Shown here piece after piece: positions 14,586 through 29,393 of a DNA stretch of 64,000 nt; position 1 is the first letter of the stretch; each line of letters starts with the position of its first letter. This DNA is from Octopus vulgaris (Eukaryota), in contig OX597836.1 of the NCBI GenBank assembly GCA_951406725.2, positions 10,974,001-11,038,000 on the forward strand, written 5' to 3'. Position numbers and translations under genes: made by a program. The notes beneath the pieces are model-generated. The model did no database searches. It was not told where the DNA came from and saw only the letters and a list, made by a program, of their open reading frames with translations.

Positions 14586-15510
14586 AATACCAAAAGATAT
14601 CACGGCAAAAAGCTGACAGTAGAATGTCGACTAGATACAATACAGCGTCCATTTTGATGGTGTAATTACCGAAGATGTATTCAATCATTTGCATTAATTA
14701 AATTAGCAATTAACATGGACAAAGCATTGTCATTAAGGACTTAGATCTATAGAATATTAATAGAACAGAATTAGCAGAGCAACAGGAAATTCTTAAGGCA
14801 TTATAATGTTTCTGCAAATATCTAGACTTCTTCTTACTCGCAGTTGACTTCGTTGCGATTACGTTGGGGATATAAGGCATAATGAAGTCCCTCATCTTGA
14901 AGACAGATGCCCTTGGAGATGTACTAAAGGAGTTTGTAGAGGAGGAATTACAACCGTGTTTCGTGGTCTGCTACCACAACAGCTCCTTTATAGGATCCAG
15001 TTAGCTCAAGACGTCATCAGGAGGAACCACGTCCGGTTTCGGCTCTTACTCCTCTACCGTTTTTGACGTGGCGCCCACCCTCTTCCGGAGGTGTCTTCAG
15101 CTCTGGTGTTGGGTGCATGTCTTCTTTCTTCTTTCTTTTGTTACCTGGCCCCTCGATGTAGCGTCAACGAGTGTCAGCGAGCGACTGACTGACTTGTCAA
15201 AATTTTCCCTTTAAATACCTGCCGCGAGGCTCCAGCAGGCATCCCCAGCAAGTTGTCACGTGACACTGTCTCAACTTTAACTGACTGTCATAGCAAACAC
15301 ATTTTGCAAAGGTAATCTCTATATATTTTTCAAGGAAGTGGGTGCATCTGTTATTGGACTGATCTCCTGGTCGTTAATACTAAAATATAATACATAAATC
15401 CACTTCCGCTTATTCCATTCCTACACAAAAAAAAGACTTTAAGTATCAGTGCAAACACATACACATACACGTACCTTCATGCATACACACGTACACCCAC
15501 ATACACTCAC

Positions 15511-15875
15511 GTGACCATGCTGGAGCACCTCCTTTAGACGAGCAAATCGGCCCCAGGACTTATTCTTTATAAGCTAGTACTTATTCTATCGGTCGCTTTT
15601 GCCGAACCGCTAAGCTACGGGGACGTAAACATGCAAGCATCGGTTGTCAAGCGATGTTGGGGGGACAAACACAGACACACAAACATATACACACACATAC
15701 ATACACATATATACGACGGGCTTCTCTCAGTTTCCGTCTACCAAATCCACTCACAAGGCTTTACTCGGCCCGAGCCTATAGTAGAAGACACTTGCCCAAT
15801 GTGCCTCGCAGTGGAACTGAACCCGGAACCATGTGGTTGGTAAGCAAGCTACTTACCACACAGCCACTCATGCGC
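15511..15875 (-). mobile_element. SINE family A
   Basis: Reverse complement of 358-730, 3' end clipped. Confidence 0.85.
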
Positions 15876-16629
15876 TTAGATCAGACTATCGGCAGTTTTT
15901 ACACACCACTAGTCACAATGCCCTTCCTCACATTTTTGTAGCATTCACGTGATACAACTGGCTGAGTGAACTGGCCTATGACGTATAAGTTATTGAAATC
16001 ACGGAATCACCCCTAAACGGGATGCTAATAATATAGTCTTAGACCTATAAAAACAGACAGGGTGGTCACTAATGGTCACTATTGGTCACGAGTGGCCATT
16101 ACTGATTATAGATTCGCTCCATTAGAGCTGATCTTTGGCTAATCAATCACTCGAACCATAATTCTAAATAAATAACACAAAACATGAAATACAATGGCCG
16201 AAATTATAAATGGGCCGTTCTTAAGTTGGCGAGATTTAGAAATTCGTATTTGAACAAAACTCTTCATTAGGAAAATCTAATTCCACCTCCGACATTTCGC
16301 ACCAAACCCGTTTCTTCCTCCGCCACGAAAATTATTGACAAAAATTTCTCTAATCAATATTCATCAACGTAAACATTAAAAAAGAAAAAAAATACAAAAC
16401 AAAACAAAACAAAAAAACATAACATAACAGAACAAATAAACAAAAGAAACAAACAAAGAAGCGATATATTGAGTAGAATTATAATTTCGAAAATTCACGA
16501 TTTGGAAAAATGATGAAATTAAATACGAACAAAAAAAAAATTCACAAAAGGATAAAAACAGTGGTGGAAGTAAGTTCGACATTATGTAAATACAGACAAA
16601 CAAGAAAGATGAATAATATAACAGTGGCG

Positions 16630-16637
16630 ACGGCAAT

Positions 16638-16670
<33 letters not shown>

Positions 16671-16725
16671 AGAAATAATAATAATAATAATAATAATGAT
16701 AATAATAATAATAATAATAATAACG

Positions 16726-16756
<31 letters not shown>

Positions 16757-16910
16757 GGAGGAGGAGGAGGAGGAGGATGTTGGTGTTAATAGTAATGATG
16801 ATGATGGTGATGATGATGATGATGCTGGTGCTGATGATAACGATGACGACGGATATGATGATGATGATGACAGCAGTGATGATGATAATGATGATGATGA
16901 CGATGATAAA

Positions 16911-16948
<38 letters not shown>

Positions 16949-17235
16949 CAACAACAATGATGATAATAATAATAATATTGATGATGATGATGATGATGAT
17001 GATGTTGACGATAATAATAATGATGATAATAATAATAATAATAATGTTAATAATAATAATAATAATATTAATAATAACAACAACAACAACTAAAAAGGCA
17101 ATAGCAACGACAGCAAGAATGAAATTAAAATTATTAATGAAATAACAACAACAATATCACCATCATCAACATCACCATCATCATAATCAGCAGCAGCAAC
17201 AACAACAACAACAAAAACAAAAACAACAACAACAC
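16630..17235. repeat. Mosaic trinucleotide array (AAC/AAT/GAG/GAT/CAG)
   Basis: Directly visible. Confidence 0.9.
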
Positions 17236-17808
17236 TAGCGGTAAGTTTAGTTGAACAGGTATGAATTTTCAACTCTGCCATTTTACTTCTTTGAAACAAA
17301 AAAAAAAAAACAAAAACAAAAACAACGAAGTAAATAAATAAATAAATAAAAAATAAACAAAAAATAACGTATATTAATAACAAGAATATTATTTCCGTTA
17401 TTTTTAAGTTACTTCAATTCAGGAAAAATTAATCAATTACAACATTATATAGAATTCGGGGAAAGAATTTGTTCAACAATATTTTCATATTCGTTCTCCT
17501 AAAAATCCAAGTCGCTAAACAATAAACACATTAAATATATAAACAAATACATAAATAGAGAAATACGTAAATAAATAAATAAATAATTTAGAAGCGACCA
17601 AATAGGAAACAAGAAAAATGTTTAAATCTAAATAAATCTATCAGCGATTCATACGAAATCTTTCATTACACTGTATGATCAAATGTGAACGACACACGGT
17701 AAGATAAACAAGTGAATTCATTTTCGAAGTTGAATGCGATATTTCATTATTTGAAACAAACTAGACCAAGCTACAAGACTACATACACACAAATAGCTAT
17801 GTATATAA

Positions 17809-17851
<43 letters not shown>

Positions 17852-18011
17852 TATATCATATATAAATGTGTATATATATATTTGTTTATGAATTTTCGAC
17901 TTAACCGGACATATAATCATAGCGAGTTGAGATTACATATTTAAAATCCGGTAATGTTGAATACATAACTACGGATATATCTTCTTGTACACGATTTTTC
18001 CTGACATCTAA

Positions 18012-18127
<116 letters not shown>

Positions 18128-18397
18128 TGCATCTAAATATTTACATGATACATGCAGATATACATAGATACACACACTCAGACAGACACACGCGAGTACA
18201 CACACACACACACACACACACTCATTGAGAGAGATACGACTAAGCGCAGACACCAACAGAAGCATTGACGCGCACACGCGTAAGCTTATATATCAAATAA
18301 GAAGAGTTACTTTCAAAGAAACCAAGTCTTTCTCGTGAATAAACATGCCAATAGGGAAAGATAAATATACATATATATATATATATATATATATGAA

Positions 18398-18511
18398 ATA
18401 ATGATAATAATAATAATAATAACAATAATAATAATAATAATGATGATGATGATAATAATAATAATAATAATGATGATGATGATAATAATAATAATAATAA
18501 TGATGATGATG

Positions 18512-18560
<49 letters not shown>

Positions 18561-18567
18561 TGATGAC

Positions 18568-18599
<32 letters not shown>

Positions 18600-18691
18600 C
18601 GATGACGATGACGATTGACGATGATGACGATGACGATGACGATGACGATGATGATGAAGACGACGACGACGACGACGATGACGATGATGAC

Positions 18692-18741
<50 letters not shown>

Positions 18742-18751
18742 CGATGATGAT
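18398..18751. repeat. Mosaic (AAT)/(GAT)/(GAC) array
   Basis: Directly visible. Confidence 0.95.
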
Positions 18752-18947
18752 GGACAAGAATTATGCTTCCTCATTGATATGACTGTCCCAATCGATATAA
18801 ACGTTTCTGTTAAGAAACTACAAGATCTTGAAATAGAAATTAGTAAACTGTGGAACTTGAATACTAAAACAATACCTGTTGATAACAAAAAGGGCTGATT
18901 TCTACCTGGCTCAGATACCAGGAAATCCCCAAATCGCAGAAATTTAG
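18752..18947 (+). mobile_element. R4/Dong-clade non-LTR retrotransposon remnant (restriction-like endonuclease region)
   Basis: LCFLIDMTVPIDINVSVK..DLEIEISKLWNLNTKTIPV, then ADFYLAQIPGNP in another frame. Typical of the RLE domain; fused to a trinucleotide array. Confidence 0.75.
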
Positions 18948-19009
18948 TAATATTTATTCTCAACCGAAGCAAGGTTTGATAACCTCACTACCACTACATA
19001 TATATATAC

Positions 19010-19070
<61 letters not shown>

Positions 19071-19071
<1 letters not shown>

Positions 19072-19246
19072 TCTTTACTCTTTTACTTGTTTCAGTCATT
19101 TGACTGCGGTAATGCTGGAGCACCACCTTTAGTCGAGCAAATCGACCCCAGGACTTATGCTTTGTAAGCCTAGTACTCATTCTATCGGTCTCTTTTGCGG
19201 AACCGCTAAGTTACGGGAACGTAAACACATCAGCATCGGTTGTCAA
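19071..19246 (-). mobile_element. SINE family A, 3' part
   Basis: Reverse complement of about 558-730. Confidence 0.8.
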
Positions 19247-19659
19247 ATAGATATATAGATAGACAGATAGTTAATTGTTTATCTCTCTATCTATCTATCT
19301 ATCTATCTATCCATTTATCCATCCATCTATTTATCTAGCTATCGATATGTGTCTGTGTGCGTACGTATATACGTACGTAAGCAAATTAGATATAAGCAAA
19401 TTAGATATAAGCAAATTAGGTAAGCAAATTAGATATAAGTAATATATAAAATATAATAAATATTTAGCATATTTAATATGCTGAATTTTTTTTATCTGCA
19501 TAATTGCCTTTATATTTTCTCAACTTGATCCCTCTTACATCCGTTCTTTACCCCCGATAAATCGATCCCTTGTAAAGATATCGGAGTCCAGGTTTGAATC
19601 TTTTGAGCACTACTTAGTGTCTTCTATACTGAGAATCTCAGGATCTCATGTGTGGACTG

Positions 19660-19915
19660 TATATATGTATGTATATGTGTATGTATGTATGTATGTATGT
19701 ATGTATGTATGTATGTATGTATGTATGTATGTATGTATGCATGCATGCATGTATGTATGTATGTATGTATGTATGTATGTATGTATGTATGTATGTATGT
19801 ATGTATGTATGTATGCATGTATGTATGCATGCATGTAAGTATGTATGTATGTATGTATGTATGCATGCATGCATGCATGTATGTATGTATGTATTTACGT
19901 ATGTGTGTATGTATG
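19660..19915. repeat. (TATG)n microsatellite
   Basis: Directly visible. Confidence 0.95.
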
Positions 19916-20403
19916 TGTTCAGACAATGTGAGATTGTGAGCGAGCGAACGAGAGCAGTAATTGCTTGTAATTACCATTACCATTGCGATGCTTGTATTAA
20001 GGCTATTTCTATAGAAAACGGTAATAGGAATGCAAGTGATCTGGAGAATAACTCCGCAAATGATTGAAGCGAAGAAGAGAAATTAAAAGAGCCAAGGGCT
20101 CAAAGCAGCATGAATTAAATCCTGATCCCTTTTAAAAGATTTACGGTAATTAATGGCGAAATCTATATTCAGTGCATGATTGCAGAAATTTTATTCAATT
20201 CGCTTCACTCGTGATCGTTCTGGAAAATACTCGAATCTCCCAAATTAACAAACTACAGCCTTAGAAATTGCGGATTTTTATACACTGTTAGAATGAAATC
20301 TGGTGGCGTAATAGATATTCTTTTCTAATCTAGGCACAAGGCCCGAAAATTTTGGGGAGTGGGAGGCAGTCGATTAAATCGCCCCCACTGCGTAACTGGC
20401 ACT

Positions 20404-20556
20404 TGTGACGTCGCAACTCATTTCTACAGCTGAGTGAACTGTAGCAACGTGAAATAAAGTGTCTTACTCAAGAACACAACACGCAGCCCGGTCCGGGATT
20501 CGCACACACAGCCTCGCGATCGTAAGCTCGACACTCTAACCACTGAGCCATGCGCC
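20404..20556 (-). mobile_element. SINE family C head and core
   Basis: Reverse complement of 1732-1880. Confidence 0.8.
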
Positions 20557-20780
20557 TTCGCAAATTACATATAGAAAATATTACAAATGCTTTCTCTATA
20601 AAAACAAAATCTCCCTGGAAATACGCTATAACTAGTATATTACAGAGATGTACTTGCATAGCAAGTGATTTGATCTGTGATCGTGTGCTGGAACGAAAAC
20701 AATTGCAGCGTGGAAGGTGTTTGTAAGCCATTTAAGAAACACACAAAAGCCGTTCGATTCACTTCAACATTTAAGTTTAA

Positions 20781-21001
20781 CCCTTTAGCATTTAAACCGG
20801 CCATATCAGGCCAAAAATATTCTACCTGTTTTGTGTTCAAACTGGCCAGATCTGGTCTCTCGCACCAGCCCTACAATATCGTTTTAAAAATTAACAGCTA
20901 CCTCATCAAAATCTCATAGCTCCAAGATAATGCCTGATTAGTTCGAGGTAATGTGGATAAAAAAGGATTAATTTTGGCAGAATAATGCGAACACTAAAGG
21001 G
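20781..21001. mobile_element. piggyBac-like MITE
   Basis: TTAA|CCCTTTAG...CTAAAGGG|TTAA: TTAA duplication with CCC/GGG termini. The opposite host arm has a single TTAA (empty site). Confidence 0.85.
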
Positions 21002-21005
21002 TTAA

Positions 21006-21056
21006 TTTGTCAAAATATTTTCGTCGCTATAAGACCGCGACCAGTTCACTGACAAA
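21006..21056 (-). ncRNA. Minimal type I hammerhead-like motif with G3-C8 swapped core
   Basis: TTTGTCA-GTGAACT-G-GTCGC-(9 nt)-GCGAC-GAAA-ATAT-TT-TGACAAA: 7-bp stem I, 5-bp stem II, palindromic AATATT stem III. Position 9 is U rather than A. Confidence 0.5.
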
Positions 21057-21734
21057 AATATTTTGACAAGTTAAACTTAAATGTTGAGGTGAATCGAACG
21101 GCTTTTGTGTGTTTCTTGAATGGCTTACAAACACCTTCCACATTGCAATTGTTTTAGTATATTACAGTCACTGATAAATCCACAGAACGAAATGTACATT
21201 TAAGTAAGTACAAATCCATTCTAAGCTCAAATACCGCCGAGGTCGACTTTTCATTTTCTCCTTTGGTATTTAAAAAAAAAAGTACGTACCAGTAAAATAC
21301 AGGGGTCGATATAATCTACTACGCGCCTCCTCTTAAAGCTGCAGACCCTGGGCCAGAAGTTAGAATTATTAATAAGCTTAATCAGTTCACCAAAAACTCA
21401 CAATAAACGTGCGAAGCTCTTTCACTGTTTTCACACCAATAGTTTGCTCTGCTCATGCAGAAGTCTTTGCTCAATGTTGGTGTTAGATAAACTAACTGCT
21501 TCGTTACTTTTCATCTGCGCGGAATAGAGTTGGTTCAACCTTCACCTTTCTCTTGATAAAGGGTCTTACATAACCAAGACACTGATATATGAAGTGCAAC
21601 GCCATTGTTGTTGCTCAGTATGAAATGTAAAGTAGAGGCTATGGTTGCTAGTTTCACTTTCGATTCGCTTTTGTTTTCAATGTTGTATTTCCCGGTTGCA
21701 TTGTAGTGGCTTTCAGAAAATTTTTAATCCATTC

Positions 21735-21832
<98 letters not shown>

Positions 21833-22034
21833 TTATCAGTCTGTCTGTCTGTCTGTCTATTTATCTATCTATGTATCTGTCTATAGATTTTAAGATAAAT
21901 ATGTAGATAGATAAATATAATATAATACATATATTTATGTATTCGCATTTATACATATATATAAACATACATATACAAATCTCTACATATATATATATAT
22001 ATATACATACATACATACATAAATACATACATAC

Positions 22035-22208
<174 letters not shown>

Positions 22209-22377
22209 GTAATTGTAGATTGAATTCCTATTAGACAAACTGCATCGTTGATTTACATTTAAATTCCGGTAGATTTCTAAATTACCACCAATGTCACTCT
22301 CTCTCTCTCTCACCTCCTCTCTCCATTTCACTTCATCACTCTCTCTCTCCCTCCCTAATCTTTCTCTCTCACTCTTG

Positions 22378-22435
<58 letters not shown>

Positions 22436-22886
22436 GTAATTGTATGAATGTATAGGTACATACGTACTTAGTCATTCACACACATATATGTGTATGTATA
22501 TATATCTGTATAAGCATACATATGGTTGTAAATAAATACCTACATATACATATCCATATACATATACATATATATATATATATATACATACATACACACA
22601 CGTATATCAGCGATATGTGCTTGAGATATCTATTATCTTGATAGTATTTAGTGTTTATTTTTATTGTGATATATTTGTAAAAGAGTTTTTGTCTTTCTTC
22701 CTTCACTGCAGAAGTTATTGTGTTATTATATTTATGTAACAGGTTATTTTTGTATTTTGTTTTTACCTGAGAGTTGAATGTTGAAAGATATATTTCTGGC
22801 TGAATGCAGCTGTAGTCCGGCCAGTAGTGATTCATATCTCACTAGGCAAAATAAAATGATTATATTAACGTGATGTATGATGTGTG

Positions 22887-22936
<50 letters not shown>

Positions 22937-23001
22937 AGAGATAGATAGATATAGATACATAGATCAATAGGTAGATAAATATGCACACATGCATATATAC
23001 T

Positions 23002-23045
<44 letters not shown>

Positions 23046-23143
23046 TATACACCAAATTATATATATACTTATACACATTTACATATAGTGGTACGTACAA
23101 ATATTCACACACGTTCTTAAGCGCACAGATATGTATAGGCCTA

Positions 23144-23185
<42 letters not shown>

Positions 23186-23303
23186 TATATATACGTATAT
23201 ATATGTATGTATATATATATGCATATATGTATATATATATATGTATATATGTATATCTATATATATATGTATATATATATATACATATATACACATACAT
23301 ATG

Positions 23304-23345
<42 letters not shown>

Positions 23346-23811
23346 AATATACATATACATATACATATGTATATGTATATATATATATATATATATATAC
23401 ATGTTTACTTATAGATTTCTATCTATATACATTACGTATAAGGAGATATTGGGTAATAGTTATGACGTATATATTTATTTAGGTTTACGTGAATAAATGT
23501 AGCTATATATGAATGCCTTTCAATTGAATTGCAATATGAATTGATATAAAGCATGGCTAAATGTATGTCTGTGTATACGCACCTCTATACAAGTATAATA
23601 TATATGCACCATACATATATGTATATATATGTATATATATATATATATCTATATATTTATATATGTATATATATGTTGGTATATATAACCGTATATATCT
23701 ATGTATATCTATATCTATGTTTTTCTATCTATCTATGTATGTATCTATAGTTGCGTCTGTTTATCTCTATATATGCCTATATATGCATATGTGTATATAC
23801 ATATAAATAAA

Positions 23812-23842
<31 letters not shown>

Positions 23843-24212
23843 GCGTGTCTCTTTGTGTATGTGTATGTGTGTGTATGTATGTACATATATATGCACGTTT
23901 ATATATATATATATACATATATGTATTGGCAAGAATACCACGCGACGGCAGTGTTATGCAAATGTGTATTTATTCCAGTATGGTAACCGCATACTCAACA
24001 TACATGTATTGATGTGTATGCGCTATTGCATGTGTGTGTGTGATCTTATATTGTATATATGCAAATATGCAAGTTTGTTGGGGTGCATAAGTGAATAAAA
24101 TACCACATACCTCCGTGCATATAAATGGATTTAAATATAAATCATATACAGCCCGCCATACATACACACACACACTCATGCGTACAACAATCTCATATCT
24201 ATAACTATACCG

Positions 24213-24298
<86 letters not shown>

Positions 24299-24456
24299 AG
24301 ATTTTAAGATATATATATAGATAGATAAATAATTATAATATATTACATATATTTATGTATTCGCATTTATACGTATATATACACATACACATACATGTAC
24401 ATACAGTTATTTGTGCGTGCGTATGCATATATATATATACATATATACATACATAA

Positions 24457-24520
<64 letters not shown>

Positions 24521-24797
24521 CAAACACACATATATTTACATATACACATACATATACAAATCTATACATATATGTAATATATGAGTATCTATCATGGCTA
24601 AATGTATGTCTCTGTGTACATACGTATATACAAATATAATATATATGCACCATATATATATATATGTATATATATGTATATATATATATATATGTATATA
24701 TATATTGGTATATATAACCATATATATCTATCGATCCATCTTTCTCTCTCTCTCTACCTATCCATCTATCTATCTAACTATTTATCTATCGATCGAC

Positions 24798-24860
<63 letters not shown>

Positions 24861-25277
24861 ACTCTATAGCGACGTATATAAATCCACCCTAGGGATTCAC
24901 TAGTGCACTGCTGATAAAAATAACACTATAGTCGACATTTCGCAGCCGTATTTTCGAAGCTAGCTGTAACCTAGAGATGTTTAATACAGCCAGCGAATAC
25001 CATAACGTGTATCTTTTATAAACTTAGATTATTGCTACAGTTAGTTTTGCATTCTTTACCACAAAATAACTATATTCATGAACTATGATAATTCACCTCA
25101 TAAATACGCTATTCCACGTATTATAACTTCTTGATTTATAACCATAATATATTATATTATTTATTCCTGTTTCAAACAAGTTGTTGTTGCTAAAATTATG
25201 TTCTCTACATTTCATATTTTGAAAGAGATTTGTTACGTTTGCTTTTAAAGTATCTAGGCTATGATTTCTGTATTTGA

Positions 25278-25490
<213 letters not shown>

Positions 25491-25816
25491 ACATCTATCC
25501 ATCTATCTATCTGGCTTTCTGTCTCTTTACCTTATGTCTGTCTGTCAGTGTGTGTCTATTGTCTGTCTACCTAACTATCTATATATAAACATATATATTT
25601 ATGTGTGTGTATATATGTATGTTAGTATATATATACTAAATATACTACATATATAGTATATATATACATATACACACACACACATATACATGCATATATA
25701 TATTCACACAAACATATACATGCATATATATATTCACACAAACATATACATGCATATATATATTATATATATATATATATGTATACATACGCATAGATAT
25801 ATACGGGCGTACATAC

Positions 25817-25883
<67 letters not shown>

Positions 25884-26556
25884 TATTTATATGTACATAA
25901 ATATCTAACTAAACACACACGCACGCACACACACATAAATTTCTCTTTTTTGCCTACTTATCAAATATCTTATAGTCTGCAATTTATTCACATTGGAGCT
26001 TTTGTTGCCTCTTGGTTCTTTCTGTATGGTAAAATAGTTGAAAATATATTCCATACGGCTCAGTCAAGTGTTGAGGATGTTAGCGATATAACTTATATCT
26101 CGTCGCTGACCTCTCAGACCGGTAGGATCAATATGGTATCAATATGGTTGATGTTTCGCTGAACTTCTCTAAATCAACGTCTGATGGAGAAAGAAGGAGG
26201 AGGAGGAGGAGAAGGAGGCGAGAGAAGAGGTTGAATTGGAAGCTAGGATGAGGAGAAATAGAAGGCGGAGGAGAGTCTAGGATATGTGGGAGAAATTGGA
26301 GTAGGAGGAAGTGGAGATGAAGAAGATAAAGAAAAAATGAAGAAGACGCCATTGTGAAATATTAATAATATTAATAGTTATATCTGTAATCGTAATTATC
26401 ATAATAATAATGATTTCATTTATTTGCCACAAGGGTGAAGGATGAGGGGGACAATGCAAAGACAGACATAAAGTGTAGGGGTTTACATGTAAAAAAGGGA
26501 AGAAAAAAGGAAAGAAAGAAAGAAAGAAAGAAAGAATGAAAGAAACATAGATAGAA

Positions 26557-26588
<32 letters not shown>

Positions 26589-26707
26589 CAACAACAACAA
26601 TAGTAATAATAATAATAAGAAGAAGAACAACAACAACAATAACAACAACAACAACAACAACAGCAACAACAAAGACAACAACAATAATAATAATATTAAT
26701 AATAATA

Positions 26708-26756
<49 letters not shown>

Positions 26757-27076
26757 GAAGAAGAAGAAGAAAATGCCGCCGCATCAGCAAAGTATACAAC
26801 GTCTGATGCAAAGGCTGTGAAATCTAGAAGTTTCACGCTGGGAAGAAAATATTAGAGCCGATAGTTCCCGTTCGGCATTTTTCGATGGCTTTCGTCAGCA
26901 CTGTTTCTGGCCGCTCTTCATCCGTTTCTGTTACCTTCAGATCACGCTTTTATTTGGAAGCAGAAAACATTGTGTAGGACATATTTTCCGTGCTATAATT
27001 GAAAGGACATTCATTAATAAGAAGAAACGAAAACAACAGTTTGATGTTAAATAAATAAATAAATAGATAAATGCTC

Positions 27077-27320
27077 CCTTTTTAAAGCCTAGCTAGGCTC
27101 ATGGGCCCGGTTTCCCGGTTTCTAAGGCACATGTGTTCCCCAGCAGGACGGGACGCCAGTCCGTCGCAGCGTTACTCACTTTTGCCAGCTGAGTGGATTG
27201 GATCAACGTGAAATGAAGTGTTTTGCTCAAGAACACAACGCGTCGCCCGTTCCAGTAATCGAAACCACAATCTTACGATCATGATGCTGACACCCTAACC
27301 ACTAAGCCACGCGCCTCCAC
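27077..27320 (-). mobile_element. SINE family C, tail type 2
   Basis: Same head and core as 1732 and 53738 but a different tail, ending in (TTTA)n. Possible TSD TTGATG(T/A)TAAAT at 27041 and 27323. Confidence 0.75.
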
Positions 27321-27879
27321 GCTTGATGATAAATTGTAAAGGTATTTGACTGGTAAAGGAAATATGCAACTGTGAGTATCATGTCTTGTTTATCTCTGCC
27401 CTGCCAGGGATACGGCGAAGTCATGGGACTACAGTATGGCGGATTTTGAAGACGTAGCGGAAGAGCTCAATTGAGCCAACGGTACTTACATTGAAGGTTC
27501 AGGGGTTCAATACAAAGATAGACATAAACTGTAGGGGTTTACATATAAAAAAACGAAAGAAATTAAGTATACACGGTAAACAATGGAAAAAGAAGGGACA
27601 AATGCCTAACATGCATATGTCCCTAATATTGATGTTGAACGGAAGAATTCTAGAAGACCAACGGTCAGAATCACCAAGTTCTGTCAGAGAGTAGCTGCAG
27701 CGCATCCAATAGGGCGGTGTCCAGGGTCGTGTAATCAGCCAAGGAAAGATTCTCTACGAGTCAAGTCCTCAATTCACATTCATAATAAGGGAACTGGAAG
27801 GCAAAAGTGGTCATGGGAATCGGCGCATGCAATGAAGAAAATGTGTCAGTAAATGTGGAAATATAGAGAAGAGAGAGGC

Positions 27880-27929
<50 letters not shown>

Positions 27930-28021
27930 GAAGTTAGGCAGGAAGGAGAGGCAACGAATGGAAAAGTAGGTGGGGCGAGTGTGAGGAGTAAGAAATGATG
28001 ATAGTATAACTGGAAGACAAG

Positions 28022-28067
<46 letters not shown>

Positions 28068-28677
28068 TAAATAAAGAGAGAAGCAAAGAAACAAAGAGAG
28101 AAAGGAAAGGGTAAGAGGAATAGGAAAATATGAGACGAAAGTGCGAGAAAGAAAGAGTGAGAGAGAAAGAAAGAGAGAATTAAAGAAAGGGCGTGAAGAT
28201 AAAAAGGGGAAAGAGAAAATCGAAACAACGCCAGAGAAAGTAAATGATAATTGGTTAAAAACTGGAAGCGCAAAGGGCTTCAATGCGGAGCGGCAAGAGG
28301 CAGAGAAATACAAAGTATTGATTCAGCACTGAGGTGGCAGCGGAGAATCAGGCGAGAGCTACATAACAAAACTAGGACAACAAGGAGATGAAAATATGAT
28401 TAGGAGCAGTAAGAAAAGCATAAAAAATTTCATACGCCTGGGAGGTGAAAATGGACATAAACTCAAACACACTTAATCTTGCTCAAATTAATAATAGGTG
28501 GGCGGTTTGAGAGTAGTTTGTCGATCGGGTTGAAAGATTAAATGAAACGATAATACATTTTCGAGTATAATTGACATTTATCCAAGATGCGAGATGTCAC
28601 GAGTTCGCTCCAAATGTGAGTGGAATTGCTGGAGTGAAACGTTAGAAAGTTGGCTTGTTGCTGTGTATATATATCTA

Positions 28678-28723
<46 letters not shown>

Positions 28724-29067
28724 TGTGTTTGCGTGTACGTGCGTGTATGTGTTTGTATGTGTGTCTACGTGTGTATCAATGTGTATGTGAATGTACGTAT
28801 ATATACATATATATATATGTTTATATATACATACATACATACATACATACATATTCATGTGTGTGTATGTGTGTATATATATGCGTATACTCACATATAT
28901 TTAGGAAAACCTAGTTAAAGCCGAAACAATGCAACATTCAATGCAGAAGTAAAGACTGGACACGGACACGCAAACACACACACACACACACACACACCCA
29001 CACCCATACAAACACACGTTCACACACACATTCACACACACACGCACGCACTCACACACATATATAC

Positions 29068-29124
<57 letters not shown>

Positions 29125-29323
29125 CATATATATACATATACATGCGTATATATATTTTAATTTGAGAAAGATAAAGGAAGCGAAAATGAGAAAATTCTCA
29201 TAGTTTAGGCGAAGTTTTTCAACAATATTTTGATTTGTATGGTATTGTAATTACTATAATATCTCTCCTACCTCACATCCCCTTCCGAGAGATGGATATT
29301 AGTATAAGGCAGGGAATCTAGAT

Positions 29324-29393
<70 letters not shown>

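Larger units (their letters stand above)
20646..21154 (-). mobile_element. Fold-back PLE-like element (family P6) with 13-bp TSD, interrupted by a MITE
   Basis: TAGTATATTACAG at 20633-20645 and 21155-21167. Arm 20696-20780 plus 21006-21021 is mirrored by about 21055-21155. Confidence 0.7.

Noticed and set aside
17150-17246. His/Gln-like run ending at a consensus donor G|GTAAGT
   Set aside because: The polyHis/Gln frame has an in-frame TAG before the donor, there is no clear acceptor, and it lies inside a trinucleotide mosaic.
19378-19440. 15-bp minisatellite TAAGCAAATTAGATA x4 (also 10-bp GGTCACTAAT x3 at about 16073 and a 30-bp unit x3 at about 25683)
   Set aside because: Ordinary slippage duplications with no further structure.
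26865-26905. Minus-strand CTGACGA-AAGCCATC-GAAA hammerhead-like core
   Set aside because: No convincing stem I, II or III pairing.
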